DNA from: Paraspadella gotoi
Taxonomy: Eukaryota; Animalia; Chaetognatha
DNA: 64,000 bases
Direction of reading: 5' to 3'
NCBI GenBank assembly: GCA_051294375.1
Contig: CM119269.1
Span: 21,065,665-21,129,664, forward strand
Positions 12,771 through 26,179 of this stretch are shown here, in pieces (the stretch's first letter is position 1; every line of letters starts with the position of its first letter). Under the pieces are notes generated by a model. The model saw nothing but the letters and a program-made list of their open reading frames with translations, was not told the origin of the DNA and made no database searches. The position numbers and the translations under genes were made by a program.

Positions 12771-14672
12771 AGTTTAAAAACCTATTTATATTAAATATTA
12801 AAATTGTTTTTTTTTTTTTTTAATTTTTTTATCTATATATTAAAATTAAATTTAAAAAATGAAGCACTCTTAGAAAAAAAAGAAAGGTTTTTTTACTCTT
12901 TCCCTTTCTCCCTTATTTTTTTTCGATATTGATCTCTACTTATACAAATACACATTTTCTTTCTTATTTTTCCTTCTTTTCCACTTTGTTTAATCTTTGA
13001 CCTTAACCTAACAATCTTAAAACCTAATCTTTATTGGATCTTTTTATTTCTTTCTATGCCAGTACCTCTTAACTTTCTTCTCTCAAATATTTTTTTCGCT
13101 TTTATTTTCTTTTTATATCTTTAATTTATTTTTATTTACTCAGTCTTCATTTTTGATAAAAAGAAAAAAAGATAGGGGTTAATTTAATTTTGTCGACCGG
13201 AGTTAAGGTTAAGGGTGATTTAAAGGTATTTAGGGTTAGGGGTGGTTAGGGTTAGGAGGGTTTAAGGTTAGGCTAATTAAATATTTTTTTAAACTTATTT
13301 TTAAAAAATAAATTTTTTAAAATATTTTTTCAAAAGCGGTCGGCGAAAGTAAAATTTAGCCTAGGAGGTATTGAAGTGTCCTGTCTAAGGTCTAAGGTCA
13401 TTGGCAAAGCTAAGGGCAAAGTTAACGACTGACGGTGGTGTCCGACTAGCAAGAGATAAAAGAGGAAGGCCAGAGTTAAATCGCCTCAATATAAACTTTT
13501 GAAAAAATACTGAGACATCAGTTTATTGATATTCCAACTCTGTCGCTTTTGTTTGAAAAACGAAAAAGAACCAAGCGGGAAATGTATTAAAAAAAACAAA
13601 AACCATCCAATCCAATCAGAACTAATTGGGGAAAAAAAANNNNNNNNNNATTTGGTTTTTAAGAAACGCAGCTGAAACCATAGGCGACAATTTTTTTATT
13701 TATGCCATTGCCTCGAGAGAAACCTTTTTTTGGCGAGTATGGACAAGATTTATTTGACTTTCCTCAAGTCTCAAGAGGTATGTTTTAAGGACCAACACAA
13801 TTAAGTTAACTGTTAAGTTAAAAAATTTCAGATTAATTACATTTTTCTGTTGGGAATACCAAAATATTTGTTTCGGTCTTCATGATTTTTTTGAGACTAC
13901 GTATTTATTCCCTCAGCTTCGTTCAACTTTCTCTTATCCACGTTGCGAAAAAAAATGGATCCAGGTGGGATCCACGGATTTGGCTCATTCACCCGGGGTT
14001 GAAACCGGATCGTTGGGTCTTCAGTTTTCTATTTCAACATCTGAGGGTATCTTGACTTGGCTTTACCATACTTCTTTACATTAGAATATGTACGTCCAAT
14101 TTAACGGAATGATCTAGATTCATGTCCGAAAATAAAGGAATTAGTGATCCCACACTATCTCTCTATTTCGTCAGCATTATTACATCAGACATCCTTATGA
14201 ACCTTTTCCTGGCTGGGGCGACAGCAGTGACATCAGGCGCCGCGTGAGAATCGAGCTCTGCAGTGCCGCGTCGAAGGAGCCACAAAACCGGCAAAGGAGA
14301 TTTATGCTAAAAATCGTCCGAAAAGAGTATGGGATATATAGTTTATAGTGTGTCTAAGCTAGTTGTTGGCGTCGCTTGAGACTGAAATATTTAACGTTTC
14401 AAGTTCTCCGGTTTAACAAATTGTAAAAAGCCGGCCAGAGTTTAAAAAGGACGCAAACTTTTAAAAATAAACTTTACTTTTATTGACATACAATCGCTTA
14501 ACTTTCCACTCACGCGAATGCCTTAATATGTTGTTTCTCGTTTTTATTTTAGAAAAAAAAAACAACTTTACAGGTAAGTGTTTTTTGCATTAATCAGAGT
14601 TAAAAATAATGTCGTACAGTCGTACTTCGCGATAATACTTTTCTTCCACGTAAATGAATAAGTTATATCACG

Positions 14673-17600
14673 ATGTGTGGGATTTGGTGCGTAATTTGGG
14701 TAAGTTTATATGGCGTATTTTGTAAAATAGTATAAAGAAGTATTCGGTGACATTCTTAACTGTCGGTCGTATTTGTCGCCAACGACCCTGACCTTTGCAT
14801 GGGGAAATTCTCAGTATGCGCAGAAAATCGCCCATCGAGCCCGGATTTTGTTTCAGGTTATTGAAATATCATCGTAAGCATTATTCTCTTTAATTTAATG
14901 AAATAGCCGACGTTGGGTCAGCGAGTTTCGAAAACGTTAATCACTAATCCAAACTGCTGCTTCGGGTTTCATCGATTGGCCATCGTCGCGACGATATTAA
15001 CGGGATGCAGCCAATGAGATGTCTCGTGATCTCTTTTCCTTATGCACTAAACGCGAATTTTCAAATTCTAGTAAATTAAATTGTTTTTAAGGTTTGCCGC
15101 ATATATGGATGATTTACAACGGAGAAATTTACAACTATAAGAGGGTTCGAGATCAGTTCAACTTCGTCTATGAAACTTGTAACTATTAATTATATAAATG
15201 ATAATTCTGTCGCCGTGACGTTTGTGCCATGAAATAGGGAGCAGTAAGATGAAATAAGACTCTTGTATCTTGGTCCAGCCTGCGATGGTGAGGCGCTCAT
15301 CCACCTTTACACCATGGAGGCATCGACTTCATGCGTCGCATTTGGACGGCGTCTTCGGTTTTTTGCCTCTCGACACCGAGCCAAGAAGGTTTTTCATCGG
15401 CAGAGACACTTACGGCGTGCGTCCGGGATTCAAGGTATTTCGACGAAAGGCAAAGGTGATTACTTTTGGAGCGTCATAGATAAAAGATAAAAGCGATTCA
15501 ATATTATATATATAATATATATTGACAATAAAAGGCTTACTTTTTTGTAAATACAGGCCTTTTGGGCGTCTGTTCGGAAGTCAAGGGTCTGATGGGTTTT
15601 TTAAAACCGACCAACGGTCAAAAAAAAACTGCGAAAATCATTCCAATGTCCCCGGGACATATTGAAGAATACTACTTAAAAAAAGACGGAACGGTGAGTC
15701 GGTAGTATATACGTACTTTGCCATATATGGGAGTTATTTACGTATAGGACTCTATGTAATTTGAATGTGTTTATAATTTAAGTGAGGTTTGCAATACAGG
15801 TGGAATTCGTCCGAAGTGCGCGGTTCCATTCGCCGACCCAATTTCCGCGCTACGCTACCGCCGTTCGTCTCGAAGGAAACGGGTCGGGTGACGTCGGCGA
15901 AGAAAAAGCAGAGACCGAGGTTTTGGGCGGCGACGTCCCTGCGAAACTACGTCGCTTGTTGACAGAAGCCGTAAAGAAAAGAATGATCGGTCATCGGAGG
16001 ATCGGGTGCATGTTGAGCGGCGGGCTCGATTCAAGCCTGGTCACTTCTTTAGTTCACAGGTGGGAGTCGTGGTTAGGCATTAGTGTCCTTGGCTCAATCA
16101 TTAATTCGATTTAAACTAAATACGTACACCTTATCTCGCTTTTTCATTATAGATTGTAATTTCCCACTCTGATTTAGGGCGAGGCCCGTACAACTGAATA
16201 AGATTTCACCAATTATCAGCTTTATACCGTTGATTCCTAGATCCATGAAGGAGCTCGGCCTGGACTATCCACTCCAAACATTTTCGATCGGCATGGATGA
16301 CTCACCGGATTTGGTCGCCGCCAAGAAGGTCGCGGATTTTCTTGGCACGGAACATCACGAAGTCCGGTTCACACCGGCGGATGGGTTCGAGGCCTTGGAC
16401 GCTGTTATCAAGCATCTTGAGTGCTACGACATCACGACCATCAGGCGAGTTTGGTGATGTTGATCAATGTATAATTTTGTTGTAATATTCAGAAATTGTA
16501 CAAACTGCTTGAAGATATGTTTTGTCGAATACATTCTGAATTGAACGTTCTCAGAGCTTCAGTCGGCATGTTCATGATTTCCAAGTACATTCTTAAAGAG
16601 ACGGATTCGACGGTGATATTTTCTGGCGAGGGGGCCGACGAACTTATGCAGGGTGAGCCTAAATATATTTTTAGTCGGATCTGCTTTTCAGCAGATCCCG
16701 ACTCTATAATTCACTTTGTCGTCCGTCGGTCCGCCTCTCCAATCTTGTCGGGGATTCACTTATATCATGTCAGATATCGAATTATGATAAATATATGCAA
16801 AAAAAAACGATGTCCGTCCGTCCGTTTGTCCCACCTTAACAAAAAACACCAATTACTCGTGTTTGGATGGATGGATTGGAATGTATGTGGTTAGGGAAGT
16901 GTGTGATTGAGCTGGATATGAAGTTTCGATGGAATCGTCCGAGTGGAAATGAGTTAAATGGAAAAAACAAAAAAATATATTTCATTATTTAACACCAACT
17001 ACTCATGAGTGGATTGGCAATTGACTGAAATTTTGTATGTGGGTAGGAAAGTGTGTGCTTAAGCTGGAAATCAAGTTTCGATGGAATCGTTTGAGTGGAA
17101 ATGAGTTTAAATGGAAAAAAACAAAAATCCTGTTTCACTAATTGATTATGCTTCTTTTTATATTCACACGCCTCACGTTCCACCAGCCTTCAGCAAATCC
17201 ATTGGCTCAGAGGGGGAACCACACCACCCATGGCGTAGGTTGTTCCATCCCACAGTCCTAACGAACTTCCCTCTTGCTGTTGCAAAGCGAGACCGTCTTA
17301 GGGTAAACCGCGCCAGTGACTGGAGGCGTTCACTTTGAGGGTCGGAAGCCCCCAAAGCCAACTGAGTGAGATGCCCCATGTCCCAATGGCATCACTATGG
17401 GCAACCCGGCTGTTTGCCATAATGTAGTGAAAGCCCTACTATCGGAACACGCAAACCTTCTCAGGGTACGCTACGACCAAACGCCTATGCCCCTGGGTAC
17501 GCTACGACAAACGCTCTATGCCCCCACAACTCGCGTCTCTCTCTCTTTCTCTCCCATATGGGGTAACAGTTTGTCAGACACCTCTCAGGCTTGAGTGAAC

Positions 17601-20218
17601 CTGAGGGTGATGTCTTGGCCCGGTATCCTGTGGCGGTATATTCACATCCGTCCTCACGTCCGACCATCCTTCAGCCAAATCCATTGCTCCTCAGAGGGGC
17701 GAACACACCATCCCAGCGTAGTGTTTCATCCACAGTCCTTAACGACTTCCCTCTGCGGTTGGCAAAGCGAGACCGTCCTAGGGTAACCGCGCAGGACTGC
17801 GAGGCGTCACTGAGGGGTCGGAAGTCCCCCAAAGCCAAAATCAGTGCAGATGCCATCTCCAATGGGCATCACAGGCAACCGGCTGTTGCCATTAATGCTT
17901 CTTTTTCTTTTATTTAGAAAATGTAAATCTCAGGATGGTATAAATTAATCTTGATTAAATAGATTATATTAATCAATATTATTTTAATAAGTCAGCGTCA
18001 ATTAATCAATCAAAACAAACATTAATTAATTAACTTTAGAATTAATTATAATTAACTTGTATTAATTAATTAAAACTTGTAAATTATTAATTAATTTATT
18101 AATTATTTAATTACCCGATTAATGATCGTGGGCAGATCCGAAATTGTTTGCTCAAACTTGAGATTGTGTCGCTACGATAATATTATTAAAGTGATGTTAC
18201 GTTTTGCCTGCTGCACCTTAACTACTTAATTTACTTTAACCGAAGGCTACATATACTTCCACAAATCTCCTGACGCGGAGAGCGCTCACAAGGAGTCCGT
18301 TCGCCTTTTAGAAGATCTGTATCTCTTCGACAATCTCCGGGCGGACCGAACCACCGCAGCCCACAGTCTCGAGCTGCGCGTTCCATTTTTGGATCATCAA
18401 TTCTCTTCTTTCTTTCTCAACCTCGATCCGGAATCGGTTAGAAACTTAGAATACGTGGGAGTGGATGAATGTATGCTTACATTACAGAGTTTGATCTTGG
18501 AGTTCCGATGAGGTTGAATGATTCAACATGCTTACCTGTTTTTATTGTGATTGTTTGACTCCATATCTCCCTTGTCGGTCGTTTTGTCGACAAATTTATT
18601 AAAAAATGTAAATCAAAATGCTGCATCTGTGTGCCGAGAGGTATTTTCACACCACCTCACCTCCAGCATCATTTCGGGCCAATCCATTCGCTCAGAAGGG
18701 GAACTTACCATCCCAAGTCACTGGGCAACCCAGCTGTTGCCATACATCTTTAACATCTTATACTTTTTTAACGATCTTCTTGTTCACTCGTTTAACTCCT
18801 TATATTCTTTGTTGCAGGTCTCGGCCCAGGGAAAATCGGGAGAAATATCTCATCCGCTCGCGTTCGACGTGAAAGCATCCGACGGACGCGGTTATCTTCC
18901 GAGGAAATCCTCTGGCGCCCGAAGGAGGCCTTCAGCGACGGCATCGCCTCAAGAAGAAGAGTTGGTTCCAAATGCTGCAAGATTTCGTGGAAGAGCGCGT
19001 TACGGACGAAGGTATATTAGTCGGTGGATGAAAAGGAATCGGAAAAAACGGAAGATTTAAAGTTGAGTTTAAATGTATCAATTCCCCATGATAATATTTA
19101 TAACTCATTAAAATCACGGATTTTATTACCATCTTGGATGCCCAACTTTTTACTCCTTTAATATCAAAATTGCGGGGGGGGAATTGTTATCTGAAATTGG
19201 AGAAAATTTTGGTTATTATGATTCGAATTACTTTTGTTCGGTAAAATCCGAATAAAAACACAGGTGGAATTGGAGAAAGAAAAAGAAAAATCTTGCCTTC
19301 AAATATTTTCTAACAATTATCTAAAAACAATATTTTATTATAATACGATATTATTTTTTGATTGCGTCGCAGGTACTCCATAAATATATTGTCGGTCGGT
19401 CGGTCAGGATGTCTGTGTTAGTCGGTCTGTCTTACTTTTGTTAAAAACGTTCCTAATTCGGATAAAAATTCATAAAGTTTATATTTGGTAGAAAGGTAAG
19501 TTACCATAAGACTTACGTTGCATATATGTATATTGTATAATACTTGTGTAAGGGTACATAATAACATGTATTGGCGAAATATTGTATGAGACAGACGTAC
19601 AATATACATTATACAAGACCTTGCAAGATTAACTACAAAGAGAAACACCGGTTATATTAAGTAAGAGAGAGATTAGTATAGTCGCCGGCTTCCCTTACGA
19701 CCACTAAACACAGTGGCCAACTCGAGTTGACCCCATGGTGGCGAAACCTTCGTCGCCACACTTGTAAAGTCATGTGATCATCATTCCTGCATGCAATGAA
19801 TTTTATGAATATGGTATATCTAATATAAAAATTATCCATTCATTTAATACGTCGTTTTATTTTTGTCGATCTTTAAATTATAAGTTCCAATATATTGAAA
19901 CTAGAAAAAGTTTTGTTGACTTGTGTTTATTTTCCAATTTGGTTCATCTCAAATTTTATGTTAAATTTTCGATTTCATTGTTAAATGATTTCTTTTCTAA
20001 TTCTTTTTTAATTTATTTTTACCTTTTTAACAGAGCTTGAAAAAGCACCTCAGACTTACCCATTCAACACGCCGTTGACCAAAGAGGCGCTCTACTACCG
20101 GCGCCGCTTTGAAGAGATGTATCCGGAATGTCCTCACCTTACGCCATTCATGTGGATGCCCAAGTGGGTCGAAACCAACGATCCTTCGGCGAGGACCTTG
20201 CAACATTACCAGTCCTGA
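14673..20218 (+). CDS. ASNS: Asparagine synthetase (glutamine-hydrolysing), multi-exon; several apparent indel errors in 5' exons
   Basis: N-terminal MCGIW (Ntn Cys), [121 protein letters not shown]-terminal [21 protein letters not shown]. Approximate exons: 14673-14699, 14780-14857, 14925-15020, 15092-15178, 15279-15434, 15557-15693, 15800-16059, 16241-16444, 16555-16652, 18246-18436, 18818-19011, 20034-20218. Confidence 0.95.
16671..18161 (+). mobile_element. Helentron-associated (HINE/DINE-1-like) non-autonomous element in an ASNS intron
   Basis: 5' hairpin TTAGTCGGATCTGC-TTTTCA-GCAGATCCCGACTCTATA, (GTCC)n microsatellite, ~135-bp internal tandem units, and 3' end GCAGATCCGAAATTGTTTGCTCAAACTTG. 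The same parts recur at 50930-52300 and in reverse at 42810-42990 and 43990-44130. Confidence 0.65.
17158..17896. repeat. GC-rich ~480-bp-period partial tandem repeat (about 1.5 units) nested in the HINE-like element, flanked by a probable TSD
   Basis: 17158-17420 is similar to 17637-17892; both flanks carry ATGCTTCTTTTT, where the host element copy near 51360 is uninterrupted. An internally deleted relative lies at ~18640-18742. Confidence 0.7.
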
Positions 20219-23200
20219 TCGAGGGGAAGGGATACAAAAGGATTCAATTTCAAATGCAGCTATTTTTAAGTTTTAATTTCAATATAAGCAATTTGTATTG
20301 AATTATAATTTTCGTTATTTATAATGTTAATTTTTTTTAGCCATCAGTTTTAACTGTTGTTATTAATTTTGATTCTTATCTATAAATACAGAATGATTTC
20401 TCTCGTTTGTAACGTTTCGTGACAGCATATCTAATCAACCGTAAAATTTAAAGAGTTTGATGATAGTGTGGTGGTATATTTACACCGCCTCACGTCCTAA
20501 ATCATAAAAATGGATTTTGATCTTCATAATGACGCAATTTCGGCTCACGGCACGGCTAACTCGTACTTTAAAACATAATTTTAAATAATGTCCTAGGATG
20601 GAAGTCACATGAAGTATAGCTCCAAAAAAAGTTTTTCGTTTACAATTGCATGAAAAACTTGCTGATGTAGTGGCACATAATAACATGTATTAACAAATAA
20701 AACGCAGAGATGGAGTCACAGGCAAGATAGTTATTTAAAAAAATGAATGGATAATTTTATATTTGTTGTACCTATTTCATATGAGAGCTAGTTATCGCAG
20801 TGTAAGGAGCCTGAGGCCTGGAACACTGCCGCGTCGTGTAAGATCTTTCTAATAAAGGTATTTTTACATGTGTAATTAATGAGGCAGTTTACTATAGGAT
20901 CTCACCACAGTGGAGCAGTGACCCGCGTTCGAAATTACCACAGCAGGGCAATCCCTTGCTTGAGGCTTAGTACGAAGACGTGTTTAGGGGATAAGAAACG
21001 ATGGGCGTTATTTTTCAACCTTTGGTCAAGAAGTGAAATGAAAGGCAGCTAAGGGTCGATGCTTCTTCGATTCGTTGGATTAGAGATTGAAGGGGAATTC
21101 CGGCGGAAAATTATCCTGTCACTTTTTAGGCCTTTTTCCTTTTTCTCGCTTTTATTTTACGGATCGCGACTTCGATTTGCGGGTCAAAAGTCGATCGTAA
21201 TAAAAGCGCGAATTTTGTTTTGTGTGTGGAATTGCTTTTGAAAACAAAAGGGAAACGAATAATTTTGTTTCATTGATTTTTTGTCATTTTGTTATCTGTG
21301 ATCCATTTCAGTGCGTTCTCATTATAATTACATAATTTTAAACAAGGATTAAAGGTTGACAGACCAGTTAAACCATCGCTCACCGCCAGCACCGACGAAA
21401 GGGAACAATTGGAATGAATGTCAGGCTGTTGACCGCTACGGCACGCTGCGTAGCCACGTAGCAAACAAAAAAGCTGGTTCACCCTTTTTATCTTCATCAT
21501 ACAAATTTTTAATCTCGTTTTTCGTCTTTTACGATCGAATTTTGATTTTCCCTTCGATATCCGCGTGATTCGTTTTCAATGCAAGTCGAACGTAACTTTT
21601 CAATTTCAATTGTCTACGGTGACGTTGACGGTGTCGTTGTCCTCCATACGTAGGTTTTGCGTTCCTTTTCATCGCTGCCATCTCTTTCTATTTTTATCCT
21701 TCCCTTCCTCTACCTCTTTTTCCCATATTATATTTCTTTCATTTGCCCTTTAATATAATCTATCCTATTCGTTTACATTTTACCTCCTTCTCCCTTTCCG
21801 GTTGTCCCCTTCTATTCGCTTAGGGTTTTTTCCTTTCCATTATATTCCTTACCTTAATTTTCCTTACATTTTCTCGTTTCTCGTTTGGCTTTTAATTAAA
21901 AATTCCTATTCCTACAACTCCATTCTTGTCTCGACTTTTCTTTCTCATTCGGTTTCTCTACATTTTTTTCTCTCTAAACTTTCCTCTCTTAACTCCTCTT
22001 TAAACTCCATCTCCTTGCCCTCCCCTCATCCAACTTTTCCAGTCCCAATCCCAAAGGAGTCTTCCCAAGTTAATTGGTCATAATGACCCAAAATGACCCC
22101 GAATGATGGGGATATTTTCGACGACGGAAACATTTCGCTGACAAGTTTCTGGAAAAGGTCCGTGACTTCAATTTAGTTGCATCATATGCCAAATCTTCAG
22201 TCGCTTTGTCCTCTTAAGGGTTCTTTGGAGTTTGAAGTTTGCTGTTTTTTTGATTCGCTGACATTAAGGCAATTTGTTTAGGGCAAAGTAGTAGTACTTG
22301 TGGCAGGGGGAAATAGGAGTAGTTTAACAACGTTCAAATAAACGAAAAGTTTATTTTTTCATTTTTTCTTGCTCGGATAAAATAAAAATTGAAAAGGACG
22401 AAAAAAAAAAATAAAAGACCAAAAAAGAGAAAAGAAGATCGAATGAAGAAATATCGATAAAGCCTAACACCACTCCAAGACGCCTTCACGACTCCACGCT
22501 AACCCTCCCCCCTCCCGTCCCCACTCCCGTCCCCCCGCATAGAAAAAAGGGCAACAAACTGGAAAAAATAAACAATAACCGACTCGTCGATATTGGAAAT
22601 AACAACAACCATTCTTTGCCCCCCGTCGCTTTTCGCTTTTGACCTTTGTTCTCCTCATTTCCATCGAGTTTCTTTCCGTTTTTCGCTTTTTTGCTTTCCG
22701 CGCTCTTCTTTCTACTTTCTAGTTCCCGCAACCCCGAATGCTTGCAAAGTTCAGGTGCGAGACTTGATTGTGATTTCGCTCGCATCTTTTTCGCTTTGGG
22801 ATTCGCGATTTTCTTAATGATTCCGAGTCACAACAATCGCGCTTAAATTCGGAGCAAAGGAAGAGTAAAGGATGATTAGGGAATCGAAGGCTTGAGGCTT
22901 GAGNNNNNNNNNNACCGCCACAGGCTATTCTTTTCTGGTTTCCCTTTTTATGTTAAGTTCTTCATTTACTTCCTTTTTTTCCATTCTCGTTCAATCGTCT
23001 TTTTTTTTTACAAAGAGACAAGAATAATGAGCAATGCAAAAATCTAATTTATAAATGTAATAATATAAAAATATTTAATTCTCTCTCTCAACCATACTCT
23101 CTCAAAAAAAGAGGGGAAAAAAAGAAAAAAAATTCGTTCTGCGATGGCAGATATTATATTCTATTTGTGCACATCCCCAAAAATATCGCGACCTTACAAG

Positions 23201-26179
23201 ACCGTGAATTTTTCGCACCATAACTCGATTTTATGGACGCGTTTTCCCCGCGGCATCGATCGCCAATCTCCGTTTTCGTTCCCGCGCATCACCAGACATT
23301 ATTTTAAATTTCATCATTACGAATTTTCTTACGGCCCTTAAATGGTTCAGATCGCTCTTTAATTGTTTATATCAATAAGTGAATTTATCGACCGGTATTT
23401 AGGAAAATCATCTACGATTTTGCGTGAATCAACAACATTACAATCTTACCGAAATCAAATATTGGTACGTTACGTCCTCGGGCAACAAAACGAAAATGCT
23501 TTCTTTCAAATATTCAAATATTCAACTCGTTATAAATTTAATTCCTTTATCTCACTCTATAATGTTTCATTTGTTTGCATAATTACGTACATATTTTATT
23601 TATTCATTTTTTTTTAAAATTTCCCTTCCGCTAAATTTAGCGTTTTCATTTCCTGTAATCACTTCACGGTTTCAGATCCCCTTTCTTCCTTGTTTTCCTT
23701 ACCTCCTTTTCTTCTACGAGGTGAGTGTTTCCGTAACGACTTATGCAAATATGAGCAAAGCCAAAGGATGTGATGTCGAGAAAAAAAAACCCATGAAAAT
23801 CTGCTTAAAGAGGGAAAAGCGACACATAAGTCATCGTTGTCGTCGTATTCGTCCGTCGCGGATTATTCGTGCCGATGGCCGAGGGTTATTATGAATACCA
23901 ACAGACACCAACACAACAGATGTGTTGATTGATGTGTAGGTATCATTATTAATTTAAGAACGTGAAACTGCTAAGCTCGGTCCAGCCGCGGAAACTGACA
24001 CCAAAGAAAACGTTGTAGGATTTGTTCTCTTTGTCCGATTTTTATGAACAAGCTTTTAAATGATAGAAAAAAAAACTTTTTAGATTTATTAGCAACCAAT
24101 TTTGTTAGCTTTTTACAAATTCTGCATCCTAAAAATTACGTTGCAGCAACTTGTAAGTTTCTCTTGAAGACGAAATCTGGAAAATGAAAAAAAACTTTCG
24201 CAAACAAAATGCCATCAATGTTGCGACATTGTTCCTGACCGTATTCACAAACCCAGGTTCATCAAGGGGAGTCAACAAAATAGTTTTCTTCAAGGTGTGG
24301 CAAGGTGCAAGACAATTTTACAGCCAAAATGCAGGAGAACACCATGAGGTTAAAAAAATTTGATCAGGAAAAAAATCGCGTGCCCGATGCAAACGGCTTT
24401 AAAAAGAAACCTGAACTTTAGCTCGATGCTGTGGGGAGAAATATTAAGTTAACCATGGGCCCATGGCATGGGATGATACTACCTATAAAAATTAACACGA
24501 TTTGTGATTGTATTGCGCTATCAATGTAGTTTTTAATCGAAGTTGTTACAGAGCTTTGAAGTTTTATTTGTTGTCAGTTACGGTTGCTTTCCTTTTATGT
24601 ACGTAGGATTTTACACAATAACAAAGTGTAGAATATATTTAAAATATGTATTTATAGAAAAAAACGCAGAAAAAATATCTAATAATATCTAATAATAATA
24701 TATAATAACAAAAACGAAGCTTCCCTTTTGCTTCGCACCCAGTTCTTGTTCACCCAAAGGTTAAAGTAGTGCCATCTTTCGCTAATTTACTAAAATTACG
24801 AAGATAAGTAAAAGACGGAATATTACATTGTATCCATTTAAAAGAAAAATAAACTAGTCAGGAATAAATCAGTCAACGAATTGACAAATTAATCAGGCAA
24901 CTGTCACGTCAGCCATAAGGAATTCACATGGAGGCAGCGGTCAAGTTACGGAAAAATTTCCAGAATCTTCACTGACACAATGTTTCAAGCGGTTTAGTCT
25001 AACTTGAAATCCTATTTTCTTGGTCTAATATTTTCAGCCAGCTAGAATTCTGGAAGAACAACACTATTTGAGCAAAATTATATAATACCGGGAAGTAAAA
25101 GGATTGAAAACAACAAAGTGTAAAATTGTATGCACAAATTCTTTTCAAAGATATGGTTTAGCAAATTCACGATGCCCTTAATGAATATGATCAACGTTCG
25201 TTCGTTAAAGGGAATAATTTTACCGAGTAAAATTTAAACATCATTTTAAGGCATGCTGTATTTCGAGAATAAAAAGGTTTGTAATGTTAAGAAGACAAGG
25301 CCGCTTGAAGATTATCATGCTTTTGTGGGAAGACGCTAAAATTACGATTAACATTTAGTTTCCATTATAAAAACTTTCAAGCTTGAAAAAACAATAGATT
25401 TAGAAAAACTAATATCAGTTTTGATTGTTTATGAAAACTCTTAAAAAAAATTTATCAAACGAAAATAAAAAAACTGTACAAATAAAACTTAATTTTATAC
25501 ACCTGTTTTATTAAGTAAGGAACAACCATTCTTCCCAAGAAAAGAGTAAATAATAAAATTAGCACTAAGTTCATGAATGAAGATGAAGATTTTACAAATT
25601 TTATGAGATATGTTTATGTCAAGCCTAACAAAAATAAACAAACGTAAAAAAAAACAGAGTTGATAGTTTGTAAAAATTATCGACCAAAATTCATATGCAT
25701 AGACTTAGGAAAAGCAACTTTCTAATCTAACAGCGAATGAAGATGATGATAATTCTATCAAAAACTTTATAATCAAAAACCAACAAATTCGGGCTCCATT
25801 TTCCCGCGCTTTTTGTTACACAAAAATTGTAACTAGAAGTTAAAAAAATCGCTTTTAAGGCAACAAAGTTTACTTTTTCATTCGTTTCTCGGACACATCA
25901 ATCGCTGTTTCTTCTTCCTCTTTAATTTCTTCTCATTACCATCTTTATTACTGAGATCTGTTCGTGGCTGATGACACTTTCTGTACGTAGTCTTTCTCAT
26001 CATTTCCCAAATCCTATGCACATTTGAATTACATTTGAATCCATATTTCTATTTTTATCCCAACTGGGGATGGTATAAAGTTTTCAGCCTCACCTCTCTT
26101 TCTTTTTACTTTTTCGATCTATTCTGTCCCTCTCTCCCTCTTCACCGAGCATTTCTTCTCCACTTTTGTATGGTATGTA

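Noticed and set aside
14673-15700. ASNS as a pseudogene
   Set aside because: All catalytic motifs and splice sites are retained, and indels cluster regionally as expected for consensus errors.
19680-19790. HDV-like ribozyme candidate (hairpin GGTGGCGA..TCGTCGCC)
   Set aside because: No matching P1 5' strand or P1.1 could be assigned; more likely part of a repeat.
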